From: Clostridiaceae bacterium | Lineage (GTDB): Bacteria; Bacillota; Clostridia; Saccharofermentanales; DTU023 | Direction: 5' to 3' | Length of the DNA: 64,000 nucleotides | Assembly (NCBI GenBank): GCA_012521015.1 | Contig: JAAYNE010000093.1 | Coordinates: 1,420 to 65,419, forward strand | In this document: positions 19,607 through 32,154 of the stretch, one piece after another | Layout: each line of letters opens with the position of its first letter | How positions within the stretch are numbered: position 1 is the stretch's first letter | The notes under the pieces: model-generated | Seen by the model: the letters and a program-made list of their open reading frames with translations, nothing else | What the model was told of the DNA's origin: nothing | Database searches by the model: none | Translations under genes and position numbers: made by a program

Positions 19607-21115
19607 ATGAAAGTTAAACGAATTAAATTAAAAAACTTTCGTAATTATACGGAACAAACTATTGAAATTGCTTCAGGAACAAATGTATTTGTCGGCCAAA
19701 ATGCTCAAGGCAAAACAAATATTCTTGAAGCAATTTATATGTGTACTTGTGCCCGCTCCCATCGTACAGGAAAAGATGATGATTTAATAAAAGACGGTGC
19801 GGATTTTTATCAGGTAGAAATTCAATTTGAATCAGATAAATTAGTTTTTGAGAACAAATCGATTACAAATGATGAATTCTTAAATATAGAAGGATCGCAA
19901 TTTAACAGTAAATTTACTATTGTTAATAAAAAATTAAATGACGAAAAAAGCACTGAAAATAATTTAGAACAAAGGTTATATAAACAAAAGTCATTAGTTG
20001 AAGAAATTAAAATTGAATATAAAAAACAGCCAACTATTGAAAGGAATATTTATTATTGTGGTTTGAAGCAAGAAAAAATCAGTGATTTGATTGGTCTTTT
20101 TCATGCAGTTATTTTTGCACCGGAAGATGTAATGTTAATTAAAGAAGGTCCTGCAGGAAGAAGACGTTTTTTAGATTTACTGATATCGCAGATAAAACCA
20201 TTATATTTTAAAAATTTGCAGCTTTATCAACAGTATCTTAAACAAAGAAATAATTTATTAAAAATACTAAGAGATATGCAATTTGATCAAAGAATGAATA
20301 GTACGACTTATGATCCCGAAATTTATAGATTTAATTTACTACAATTAACAATTTGGACGGAACATTTAGCTAAAATATCAGCACAAATTATCAACACCAG
20401 GCAAAAATATATTTTACAAATTGAGGAATTTGCAATAAAAGCTTTAGAAAAAATTTCTAATGGAAAAGAAAAGCTAAAAATCAATTATAAAACTGTTTCC
20501 GGAATAAACCCAAAACTTGATTCAAATCAAATTTATGAAAGCTTAATGTATCGATTTGAACGTCAACAAGAAGATGATATTCAACGAGGGAGTACAGGAA
20601 GCGGCTCACATCGAGATGATCTGGAGTTACTTGTTGATAATAACTTACTTAAAGAACGCGGTTCACAAGGACAACAAAGGTCTGCAGTACTAGCCTTAAA
20701 ATTGGCTGAATTGCAAATTATCGAGAATGAAACAAATCAAAAGCCGGTTCTTCTCTTGGACGATGTAATGTCTGAATTAGATGATCAAAGAAGAACTCAT
20801 TTGCTTTCTGCATTTGAAGATAATCAAGTCTTTATTACTTGTACTGACTTAGGACAAATTTATCCGGAATATAAAGGAAAACTATCAGATAAAGAAGAAT
20901 TGCTCAATGAAAAGATATTGTCAGATAATTTAAGTCAGCATAATAATGAAGTTTCTGAAGTAGATTTGACAGATACATCAGATAAACAGAATTTATCAGA
21001 TTTTGATGATATTGAAAACGAATTAGAAAACAATATTGAAAATAACTTAAACCACTCATATATCAACTTTTTCAAGATTCACGAAGGTACCGTTAAACGT
21101 CAATATTTGTTATAA
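19607..21115 (+). CDS. recF: DNA replication/repair protein RecF with large insertions
   Basis: NFRNY, GQNAQGKTNILEAI, GSQGQQR, LLLDDVMSELD. Confidence 0.95.
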   Translation: MKVKRIKLKNFRNYTEQTIEIASGTNVFVGQNAQGKTNILEAIYMCTCARSHRTGKDDDLIKDGADFYQVEIQFESDKLVFENKSITNDEFLNIEGSQFNSKFTIVNKKLNDEKSTENNLEQRLYKQKSLVEEIKIEYKKQPTIERNIYYCGLKQEKISDLIGLFHAVIFAPEDVMLIKEGPAGRRRFLDLLISQIKPLYFKNLQLYQQYLKQRNNLLKILRDMQFDQRMNSTTYDPEIYRFNLLQLTIWTEHLAKISAQIINTRQKYILQIEEFAIKALEKISNGKEKLKINYKTVSGINPKLDSNQIYESLMYRFERQQEDDIQRGSTGSGSHRDDLELLVDNNLLKERGSQGQQRSAVLALKLAELQIIENETNQKPVLLLDDVMSELDDQRRTHLLSAFEDNQVFITCTDLGQIYPEYKGKLSDKEELLNEKILSDNLSQHNNEVSEVDLTDTSDKQNLSDFDDIENELENNIENNLNHSYINFFKIHEGTVKRQYLL

Positions 21116-21227
21116 TATAACTCATAAAGATTTGTATGATAATTAGCCAGAGACAAACAAAAATAAGAAGGAATCTTAATAATTATCTAGTTGAGTGATT
21201 TTTGGTAATTATCGAGCGGAGGCCGAA

Positions 21228-21476
21228 TTGTATATTCATATTGGAGGCGATTATACTCTTTCTGATAAATGGATTGTGGGAATTTTTGATATAGATCAAA
21301 CTACGACTTACGGAACAGATACTAATAATTTTTTGAGAAAACGAGAGCAACTAGGCAAGTTAGAGATTGTATCACCTGATTTACCGAGATCTTTTATAGT
21401 AACTTTTGATAGAGTCTATCTCTCACCTATTTCTGCAAAGACTATATTTGCACGCTCCCGCCAAAAACAAACATAA
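21228..21476 (+). CDS. remB: RemB/YaaB (DUF370-like) protein
   Basis: YIHIGG..IVGIFD..PRSFIVT..VYLSPIS; TTG start behind GGAGG; conserved position between recF and gyrB. Confidence 0.8.
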   Translation: MYIHIGGDYTLSDKWIVGIFDIDQTTTYGTDTNNFLRKREQLGKLEIVSPDLPRSFIVTFDRVYLSPISAKTIFARSRQKQT

Positions 21477-21674
21477 GTTCTTTTTAATAAGATATTAATA
21501 TCAGATGATATGTAAATCTTTTTATATAGAACATAATTAGTTAACTAACGAATAAGCTGGATGACTAATGGATAAATATATTAATTATACAAAAATCATA
21601 AATTATTTTATATATAAAAACACTATTAATGAAGAGATATTTTAAAAAAAAGAAAGGTCTAAAGGTTTTAATAA

Positions 21675-23843
<2,169 letters not shown>

Positions 23844-23925
23844 TCATAAATAATGATCATCTATTAAATCAAAGACTGATACTTCATTTAATGCAAGTCA
23901 TTAATAACTAATTAATAATCAATTT

Positions 23926-23960
23926 GCCACTCCAAAAACACTCTTGGGGTGGCTTTTGTT
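23926..23960 (+). terminator. Intrinsic terminator after gyrB
   Basis: GCCACTCCAA-loop-TTGGGGTGGC-TTTTGTT. Confidence 0.75.
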
Positions 23961-23972
23961 TCACGTGAAACA
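23957..23972. promoter_or_regulatory. parS: parS centromere site
   Basis: Perfect TGTTTCACGTGAAACA upstream of parAB. Confidence 0.95.
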
Positions 23973-24284
23973 TTCTGTGTAAATAATGGTTTTATAAACA
24001 TCATAAACAATATTTACTGAAAAGCATGATAATTATTTCTCAAAAGCGAGTTAAACTATATTTTTGTACTTTGTTTTTGAATGATAATTTTGTTTTTACG
24101 CAATTGATCTTTGAACAAGTATTAGAGAATTGTAATTAAATAGTAGTTTAGATTTTCAAAAAATTACTAGTTTTTGTTAGTAATTTTAAAGATAATAGAA
24201 ATAAATTCTGTTAAAATTAAATATATTGATTAGAATAAACAAAAGATTTTATTTAAATCAATAATTAATTCTTAGGAGTATTTT

Positions 24285-25067
24285 ATGATCGTTTCAATAG
24301 TAAATCAAAAAGGTGGTGTTGGCAAAACAACGACAGCTGTGAATCTTGCTGATAATCTGGCTAGAATTAAACAGAAAACACTACTAATTGATCTTGATCC
24401 CCAAGGAAATACGACCTCAAGTTTTGGTATTGATAAAAAAACGCAAGAAACAACGATTTATGATACTATTATCAACCAAAAACCAATCGAGGAAATAGTG
24501 TTAAAAAATGTTAGAAAGAATTTAGATGTAATACCTTCAAATATTGATTTAGCAGGTGCTGAAGTTGAATTAGTTTCAATTGTTTCACGTGAAACAATTC
24601 TTAAACAAGCTTTGGAATCAATAAAGCAAGAGTATGAAATAATTATTATTGATTGTCCTCCCTCTTTAGGATTGTTAACAGTAAATGCTCTAACTGCATC
24701 AGATTCTTTAATAATACCAATTCAAGCCGAATATTATGCATTAGAAGGGTTGAGTCAACTAATTGATACTATTGGAATGATTCATGATAATTTGAATCCC
24801 GAATTATTTGTGTTAGGTGTTTTAGTCACGATGTTTGATACTAGAACCCAATTATCACACCAAGTAGCAAATGAAATAAATAATTTCTTCAGTGATTTAG
24901 TTTTTGATACTGTAATACCACGAAATGTCAGATTGAGTGAGGCTCCTAGTTTTGGCTTACCGATCCAAGAACATGATAAATGGTCTAAAGGAGCTAGAAG
25001 TTATAGAGCACTAGCTAAAGAAGTAGTTAAAAGAGTTAAAAATAAACCCCGCAATTTATTCAAATGA
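24285..25067 (+). CDS. parA: Chromosome partitioning ATPase ParA/Soj
   Basis: NQKGGVGKTTT, DLDPQGN, DCPPSLG, EYYALEG, IPRNVRLSEAPSFG. Confidence 0.97.
   Translation: MIVSIVNQKGGVGKTTTAVNLADNLARIKQKTLLIDLDPQGNTTSSFGIDKKTQETTIYDTIINQKPIEEIVLKNVRKNLDVIPSNIDLAGAEVELVSIVSRETILKQALESIKQEYEIIIIDCPPSLGLLTVNALTASDSLIIPIQAEYYALEGLSQLIDTIGMIHDNLNPELFVLGVLVTMFDTRTQLSHQVANEINNFFSDLVFDTVIPRNVRLSEAPSFGLPIQEHDKWSKGARSYRALAKEVVKRVKNKPRNLFK
24581..24596. promoter_or_regulatory. parS: parS site inside the parA coding sequence
   Basis: Perfect TGTTTCACGTGAAACA encoding VSRET. Confidence 0.9.
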
Positions 25068-25159
25068 CAGCGAAAAGAATTTGAAAAATTATTAAAAAGC
25101 ACGTTATATATCTTTGTTTTATTTAACATTAGAATCAAGACGGATATAGGAGAGAATTA

Positions 25160-26053
25160 ATGTCAGCAAAAAATAAAAAACAAACAGGACTTGGTAAAGG
25201 GTTAGGAGCTTTGTTGGGTCAGACCGAAAAACAGTTTCAACAATCTTCAAAAAGTGTGGAAAAAATAATTGAATTAGATATAGAGGAGATTAGTCCTAAT
25301 AAAGATCAACCAAGACATGAGTTTGATCAAGAAAAACTTAAAGAGCTTGCTCAATCAATTAAACAACATGGAATTCTTCAACCAATAATTGTTACCTTTA
25401 AAGAAAATCCGGATCATTATAGAATCATTGCTGGTGAAAGACGTTGGCGAGCTGCCAGAATTGCTGGTTTAAAAACCATACCGGCGATAATTAGAGATGT
25501 AGAAGATCATCTAATTATTCAACATTCGATTATTGAAAATATTCAAAGAGAAAACTTAAATCCAGTAGAAGAAGCAAATGCGTTTTATGATTTAATGAGT
25601 CAATATAATATGACACAGGAGGAATTAGCGAAAACTTTAGGCAAAAGCAGATCAGCTGTAGCTAATACTCTTCGTTTAAAAAATTTGCCAGAAGAGATTC
25701 TAAAAGAATTGGCTTCCGCAAATATTTCAGCAGGACATGCCAGATGTTTATTGTCTCTTCCTGAGGTTGAAGATCAAATTAACACATGTAAATTAATAGT
25801 TGCAAAGGATTTGAGTGTTAGAGAAACAGAAGCTTATATAAAAAAATTTAATGAACCTGTTATTAGGTCTAAACCCAAAAAGAGAGTAGACATTGAATAT
25901 CAATTGAGTATCAAAAAAATTGAAACGGATCTTTCGAAATTGTTAGGAACCAGAGTAAAGCTAAAAGACAATTCAGGTAAGGGACAAATAATAATTCCGT
26001 ATAATAATAATGATGAACTGAGTAGACTTATGAATATTTTATCTGCAGAATAA
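25160..26053 (+). CDS. parB: Chromosome partitioning protein ParB/Spo0J
   Basis: GLGKGLGALL, GERRWRA, ENIQRENL, HTH GKSRSAVANTLRL. Confidence 0.97.
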   Translation: MSAKNKKQTGLGKGLGALLGQTEKQFQQSSKSVEKIIELDIEEISPNKDQPRHEFDQEKLKELAQSIKQHGILQPIIVTFKENPDHYRIIAGERRWRAARIAGLKTIPAIIRDVEDHLIIQHSIIENIQRENLNPVEEANAFYDLMSQYNMTQEELAKTLGKSRSAVANTLRLKNLPEEILKELASANISAGHARCLLSLPEVEDQINTCKLIVAKDLSVRETEAYIKKFNEPVIRSKPKKRVDIEYQLSIKKIETDLSKLLGTRVKLKDNSGKGQIIIPYNNNDELSRLMNILSAE

Positions 26054-26389
26054 TATAAAAAACATATTAATATTTTCAAATTATTATTTATGTTAATCTC
26101 AAAATGATTCTATAAGTAAAAAACAATAAAAAACATTTGTTCTTTTTCAAACCGTTTTTCTGTTTTGTTGTAGTAGATAATACTTTATAAAATATATTAA
26201 AAACCAATAAAGTAGTCTAAAAAAGCAAATTGCCTCAATGGGTTGGAGTTGTAACTCTCTTAAAAATTAATATTGTAGATCCGGAAATTATTGTAAGTTA
26301 TTGTAAATAAATGGAGATACAAAAATACTTGTTGAATAGGTTATGTTAGAATAAAGATTTTTAAGTATTAATTTTTATATAAGAACTAA

Positions 26390-26430
26390 AAAAGCAATAG
26401 TGTGAGTTAATTACTGACAATATTGCTTTT
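26390..26430. terminator. Probable bidirectional terminator
   Basis: AAAAGCAATA...TATTGCTTTT hairpin between convergent parB and nitroreductase. Confidence 0.55.
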
Positions 26431-26492
26431 GTATTTTAGTATACTTACCAATTAGTTACAGTTCGTACTTGAATTTTTGCAGATATTATATT

Positions 26493-27035
26493 TTAATAAA
26501 ATTCTCTTATTTGATTACGATTAAGTTCATGTGGTAATTTTTTTGAATTTGCGTAACCAATGGCAATTGCGATGCAGAAACGTTCATCTTCTTCCATATC
26601 TAAACGATTTTTTAGATTGTTTGGATTGTTTTCAGCGAAAGCAGGTGCAGCCATACCGATAATACATGAAGCAAGTCCGAGAGATTCTGAAGCCAAACAA
26701 AGACTTTGTGCAACAATGCCTGCATTCAAATCTGAATAAATAGTTTTAGGTGAACTTAAGACAAAAATAGTTGGTGCATTATAAAAAATATTGTCTGCAT
26801 TTCTCTCTTGCATTCTCTTTTTTGCTTTTGCATCCATTAAACGAAAACATTCTTGAGAAATATCATGAATTAGATTTATGTCTTGAATCACATTTATCTT
26901 TAAATCTTGCAAATTAATTGCAGTGGGCGAAGCCAATGTGGCATTAACTAAAGAGTCTAAGTCTTCATTTTTGATTTGTGTTCTTTTGAAATCACGACAA
27001 CTACTTCTTTTTTTTATAGCAGATAAAACGTCCAT
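26493..27035 (-). CDS. Nitroreductase-family protein
   Basis: AIKKRSSCRDF, SPTAINLQ, FYNAP, SLGLASCIIG, IAIGY. Confidence 0.88.
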   Translation of the reverse strand: MDVLSAIKKRSSCRDFKRTQIKNEDLDSLVNATLASPTAINLQDLKINVIQDINLIHDISQECFRLMDAKAKKRMQERNADNIFYNAPTIFVLSSPKTIYSDLNAGIVAQSLCLASESLGLASCIIGMAAPAFAENNPNNLKNRLDMEEDERFCIAIAIGYANSKKLPHELNRNQIREFY

Positions 27036-27478
27036 TAAAATACCTCCATAATTTACTTCGTTATTATTATATCATCTAATAGGTTTCATCTAACAAATGA
27101 TTTTTTATATTAACTATAATAATTTATTAAAGAATTAATAGAATTAGTAAAGAATAAAGTTTGGGGAAGACAGCATACTAAAAACTAATAGAGTGTTCAA
27201 AAAGTATATAAAGATTAGAGTTACTAATTCAGCAAAACATGTAATAACAACATGATGCATTTTATAATCAATAATTATATTGAAATAATCGGTTTTTTAA
27301 AATTTACGCTAAAAGAATAAGTAGTGGAATGTAGGCTAAAATGAAATTTAATTGCAGTTTTAATTGCAATTAATAAGAAATACATGTCTATTAAATATTA
27401 AATAATCTAAAAGAATAATCATGTATAATAAGCATTATCTTATAAAATACTAATTTTTTATTAAGACAGGAGAAAAAC

Positions 27479-27775
27479 ATGGTTGAGTCGACTATTTATG
27501 TGAGAAACAAGACAGGCCTACACTTAAGACCGGCAACAGAGCTTTCACAATTATGTGCCAGAATGAATTCAGAGATTAAAATTGTTTTTGGAGACAAACA
27601 CATAAACCCGAAAAGTGTATTAATGCTATTAGGTGCAGGAATCAAACAAGGATCAAAAATTTTGATTCGAGTTGAAGGACCAAATGAGGATGAAGATTTA
27701 AAGACAATCGAAGATGCGATTAATGGTGGTTTCGATGAGGAAATGATTCCTGTAGATGAAATTGTTGATGAATAA
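27479..27775 (+). CDS. ptsH: HPr phosphocarrier protein
   Basis: GLHLRPA (His15), KSVLML (Ser46), EGPNE. Confidence 0.9.
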   Translation: MVESTIYVRNKTGLHLRPATELSQLCARMNSEIKIVFGDKHINPKSVLMLLGAGIKQGSKILIRVEGPNEDEDLKTIEDAINGGFDEEMIPVDEIVDE

Positions 27776-29360
27776 AGAAATTAAAATTCCTTGGTATAAA
27801 AAAGGGGATATCGATGCCGGACTAGGTACATTTTTTGATAGTTTTGGCAAAATTATTATTGCTATCCCGATCTTAATCGGTGTCTTACATATGCCAGAAC
27901 AGCTGGTTTTTGGTAAGGTTGTGGCAGCAACCGGTTTTACGGTGTTCATCTTTTCTTTATTTAATACACTACTTGCCAGGGATCTAGGCAAAAAAACACA
28001 GAATAGAGATATAACAGCTCTGTTCGGCGGCATTTCGGGAACGACATTCTTCGTTTGGTTAAATGCCATTATGTTGCCGACATATTTTGTCAGTCAAGAT
28101 CCAATATTTGCTTGGTCAGTAACGATTGGAGTTTCACTAATTTACTCAGCTTTGCAACTGATTTTATCATTTGTTTTCAGTCTTATTTTTAAATTTATTC
28201 CCCGAGAAGCATTAATGGGTGCTACAGTTGGCGGTGCTTTGACGTGGATGATTCTTTCCCCACTGGGAGAAGCTTTTACAACTCCTTGGGTGATAATTCC
28301 TACATTATTTATATTGTTTGCTTTTTATTTCGGAGAAATTAAACCTAAATTCGGTTCGCCTGCTTTAATAGCGATCGGGGTCGGTACAATTATTGCTTGG
28401 GCAAGCGGGGTAATGCAAGTTAACAATCTGAGGGAATCTTTTGCAAACTTGAATTTCTATTTACCAAGTTTTCAATTTGGTCTTCTAACAAATAAATCAT
28501 TGCAAGCTGCATTAAATTATTTACCATTAATTATAGCGTATTTACTTGCCGAATTAACTGCTGATATGCAGGCATTTGCTCAAGCTGAAGAAAGTAAAGA
28601 GATATATCCGGTACGTACAGCCTTGATAGGTCTTTCTTTGAGTAATTTATTGGGTTCATTATTAGGCAGTCCGTTTCTTTTAAATTATTATTGGGGACAT
28701 CCTGCCTGGAAAAAAGCTGAAGCCGGAGCAAGTTATTCGTTATTTTCCGGCATTGTGCATCTGATTTTATGTTTGACCGGATTAGTTGCTGTCGTCACTT
28801 CACTAATTCCTGTCAGCGCTTCATTAGTTATGCTTGTCTACATTGGAATAGTATCCGGTGCAGGAGCGTTTGCAGCCGGACGCAAACGTTATTACGGTGC
28901 GATGATGTTTGGTGTTGCGATTCCGCTTTTTGAATTAGTTAATAATAAAGTATTTTCAGTTATAAACGTGTTAGACAACTTCACCCTAAACAATTCAGGT
29001 TTAATCAGCGAGCAAAACACTGATAGTTTAGCGAATATAGGTGATGGCTCAACAACAATTATTGCAACAAAATTAGCAGAAGCAGGTTATGCGGGAGGTT
29101 TTATTACACTTGCTCAAGGTGCAATGACTATTGCAATTTTATATGCATCAATTCTATATCTGATCATCGATCATAAATGGCTCAAAACATCTGTTTTCTT
29201 TTTAGTTGCAACAATATTCTCGTTTTTCGGTTTAATCCATGCGAAAGAACTTACAATTAATGCAAATCCTGCCCTTAGCTTAACTTATTTCGGTTTAGCA
29301 ATCACATTCTTGATAATTTGGTTGATATCTAAAAATAAAAGAAACAGAAATAAAATTTAA
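27768..29360 (+). CDS. NCS2/AzgA-like nucleobase permease
   Basis: W..KGDIDA..G.F, GHPAWK..AG..YS motifs, many TM segments; start 27756 or 27768. Confidence 0.7.
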   Translation: MNKEIKIPWYKKGDIDAGLGTFFDSFGKIIIAIPILIGVLHMPEQLVFGKVVAATGFTVFIFSLFNTLLARDLGKKTQNRDITALFGGISGTTFFVWLNAIMLPTYFVSQDPIFAWSVTIGVSLIYSALQLILSFVFSLIFKFIPREALMGATVGGALTWMILSPLGEAFTTPWVIIPTLFILFAFYFGEIKPKFGSPALIAIGVGTIIAWASGVMQVNNLRESFANLNFYLPSFQFGLLTNKSLQAALNYLPLIIAYLLAELTADMQAFAQAEESKEIYPVRTALIGLSLSNLLGSLLGSPFLLNYYWGHPAWKKAEAGASYSLFSGIVHLILCLTGLVAVVTSLIPVSASLVMLVYIGIVSGAGAFAAGRKRYYGAMMFGVAIPLFELVNNKVFSVINVLDNFTLNNSGLISEQNTDSLANIGDGSTTIIATKLAEAGYAGGFITLAQGAMTIAILYASILYLIIDHKWLKTSVFFLVATIFSFFGLIHAKELTINANPALSLTYFGLAITFLIIWLISKNKRNRNKI

Positions 29361-29732
29361 TAATTTAAATAATAAGAATATAAAACAGCAGATAAACAAG
29401 CAAAAACAAGTAAATGGAAAAGCAGCACAAATCGAAATATTGGCGGAAGAAATTAAATTGTTCAATTATATTTTCTAGAATCGATGCGTAAGTTCTGAAA
29501 AACTAATACTATTGATATGAGCGTCGTCCTCAATTCCTTGCTTTTGGATGAAAAAATTGAGAAGATGCCATCGGATTTGATATACTCTTTAAAGATATGT
29601 CAGAACGAATGCTACTTGTATAAAACAAAACTAAAATTGAAGATCCGGTATATATATTCATGTTGACTGTTTAAGTGAAATGATGAAGTTAAGTTTGAAA
29701 ATAGTTTAAAAAAGATTTTTTGGAGGCAAAGA

Positions 29733-30704
29733 ATGTTGAATTTTGCAATAATAGGAGCAGGTGCAATAGCTCATAAAATGTCTGCCACAATAGTAGAAAT
29801 GGATAAGGTAAACGCATATGCTATAGCTTCTAGGAATTTAAGCAAAGCAGAAAAATTTGTCGAACAATACGGTTTTTCGAAAGCTTATGGCAGTTATGAA
29901 GAAATGCTCGCGGATACCGAGATAGATCTCGTATACATTGCAACGCCACATTCTCATCATTTTAGGCATGCGAAAGCAGCTTTAAATGCCGGGAAAAATG
30001 TATTATGCGAAAAATCGTTTACTGTTAATGCTCAGCAAGCCAAAGATCTGATAACTCTAGCTCGAGAAAAAAATCTCTTGCTAACGGAAGCAATTTGGAC
30101 GCGATACATGCCTTCACGAAAAATGATTGATGATATTATTGATTCCGGAATCATAGGCGAAATCAAGAATGTTTGTGCGAATATTGGCTATGAGCTCTCA
30201 GATGTTGTGAGACTACATGATCCAAAACTAGCCGGAGGAGCATTGTTAGACTTAGGAGTTTATTTGATAAACTTCGCTCGTATGGTTTTAGGAGATGAGA
30301 TTGAATCAATTGATACGTCGGTTATTTTTGAAAGAGGAGTCGATATTTCAGAATCAATCACTATTAAGTACAAAGGTAATAAATTAGCAGTTATGCAATG
30401 TGGTGCCAATTCAGTTCATAGTCGTATGGGTGTGATTATGGGAACAAAAGGATTCATTGAGGTAATTAACATTAATAATCCTGAAGTAATCAAAGTATAT
30501 AATTCAGAGTATAAATTAATTAGTGAACAGACAGTACCAACTCAAATATCCGGTTATGAATATCAGGTTGAAGCTTGTATTAAAGCAATAGAAAACGGTA
30601 ACATAGAATGTTCTGAAATGCCACATGCTGAAACAATAAAAGTAATGGAAATCATGGACGACATTCGCAAATCTTGGGACTATGAAATTCCATTGTTGGA
30701 TTAG
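29733..30704 (+). CDS. Gfo/Idh/MocA-family oxidoreductase
   Basis: IIGAGAIA, YIATPHSHH, LCEKSF, GGALLDLGVY. Confidence 0.92.
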   Translation: MLNFAIIGAGAIAHKMSATIVEMDKVNAYAIASRNLSKAEKFVEQYGFSKAYGSYEEMLADTEIDLVYIATPHSHHFRHAKAALNAGKNVLCEKSFTVNAQQAKDLITLAREKNLLLTEAIWTRYMPSRKMIDDIIDSGIIGEIKNVCANIGYELSDVVRLHDPKLAGGALLDLGVYLINFARMVLGDEIESIDTSVIFERGVDISESITIKYKGNKLAVMQCGANSVHSRMGVIMGTKGFIEVININNPEVIKVYNSEYKLISEQTVPTQISGYEYQVEACIKAIENGNIECSEMPHAETIKVMEIMDDIRKSWDYEIPLLD

Positions 30705-30876
30705 CCAATTTATAAAAAAGAATATAAAAAAAACAATTGTTAAGCTAATGTAATTCCTAAACAGTTCTACAAATCTCAAGAATTAACAATTTAAATTTGA
30801 TTTTACAATTTTTTCCATAATTCGATTGACGTATGCTTGAGAAACGATACCATATCAAAAATTAAATTCCTTGTTT

Positions 30877-30906
30877 GATCCTAAGGTAATTAATTGCCTT
30901 AGGATC
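30877..30906. terminator. Terminator hairpin between convergent genes
   Basis: GATCCTAAGGTAAT-ta-ATTGCCTTAGGATC then TTTC. Confidence 0.7.
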
Positions 30907-30986
30907 TTTCTGCTATCCATCCTTTTTAATAATTTGGTTGATACCTCAAAACATACGATTTTGGTTTGATTAAAGAATTAATTGAA

Positions 30987-32084
30987 TTAAATTTCCACTA
31001 ATTCATAATTCCTTTCGCCCAGACCGATTGCCTCAGCATGACTCAGGCAGGATTGCCATTCAGTATCAGGAAACAGATTGGTAAAATGATCATTGTGCAG
31101 ATTTTCTTTTTCACCTAATAAGCTGTTTTTAACTGCAGGAGCAGCATTTACCAAGTCTGCACAGGCCTGATCCAAAGATACCGGATCAAAAGAAGCCAGC
31201 ATTCCTATATCAGGAACGATTGCAACGTCGTTTTCAGAATGACAGTCACAGAAAGGAGAAACATCCATAATTAAGCTGACATGAAAATGTGGACGATCTT
31301 TAACAACTGCATAGGCATATTCAGCGATTTTTTCATTTAATACCGTATTGCTGTTACTGTTAATCGGACGGATTGCATCATAATTGCAACTGCCGATACA
31401 TCTTCCGCAACCTACACAAATATCGGTATTAATAAATGCCTTCTTATCAACAAAAGAAATCGCTCCGAATGCACAATTACGATAGCAGGTACCGCAACTC
31501 ACACATTTTTTGGAATTGACACGCGGTTTACCGGCATAATGCATTTCCATTTTGCCGCCACGGGATCCGCATCCCATACCGATATTTTTTATAGTTCCTC
31601 CAAATCCGGTCGCTTCATGACCTTTAAAATGTGTCATTGACAGAAAAATATCAGCATCCATAATACCTCTGCCGATTTTTGCTGCTTTGATATGTTTGCC
31701 GTTAATCGGAACTTCCACATCGTCTGTACCTTTCAGACCATCACCAATCAAAACGTGACAACCGGTAGAAAAAGGACTGAATCCGTTTTCATAAGCTGAT
31801 GAAATATGTTCTATTGCATTTTTGCGCCGACCTACATAAAGCGTATTACAATCTGTAAGAAAAGGAACACCTCCAAGTTCTTTGATGTAATCTGCAATAA
31901 CTTTAAGATAATTCGGACGCAGATAAGCTACATTACCCGGTTCCCCAAAATGGAGTTTAATAGCGGTAAACTTTTTCTTGAAATTAATTGTGTCGATACC
32001 TGCAGTCTGTACCAGCCTTTTCAGCTTAGCTAATATATTTTCTTCAACCACTGTTCGAAAATCTGTAAAAAATACTTTTGTCAT
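30987..32084 (-). CDS. DUF362-domain 4Fe-4S protein
   Basis: KLHFGE.GN, HFKGH..GFGG.IKN.GMG, two CxxCxxCxxxC motifs, CDC. Confidence 0.88.
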   Translation of the reverse strand: MTKVFFTDFRTVVEENILAKLKRLVQTAGIDTINFKKKFTAIKLHFGEPGNVAYLRPNYLKVIADYIKELGGVPFLTDCNTLYVGRRKNAIEHISSAYENGFSPFSTGCHVLIGDGLKGTDDVEVPINGKHIKAAKIGRGIMDADIFLSMTHFKGHEATGFGGTIKNIGMGCGSRGGKMEMHYAGKPRVNSKKCVSCGTCYRNCAFGAISFVDKKAFINTDICVGCGRCIGSCNYDAIRPINSNSNTVLNEKIAEYAYAVVKDRPHFHVSLIMDVSPFCDCHSENDVAIVPDIGMLASFDPVSLDQACADLVNAAPAVKNSLLGEKENLHNDHFTNLFPDTEWQSCLSHAEAIGLGERNYELVEI

Positions 32085-32154
32085 AGATATCCCTCCTAAA
32101 TTGATATTATAGCATTTGTAGACAATTCATTGAGCGAAAACAATATGCGATATA

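Noticed and set aside
19840..21060. Inteins or introns in recF
   Set aside because: Inserts are short, low-complexity and lack C/S...HN splice termini
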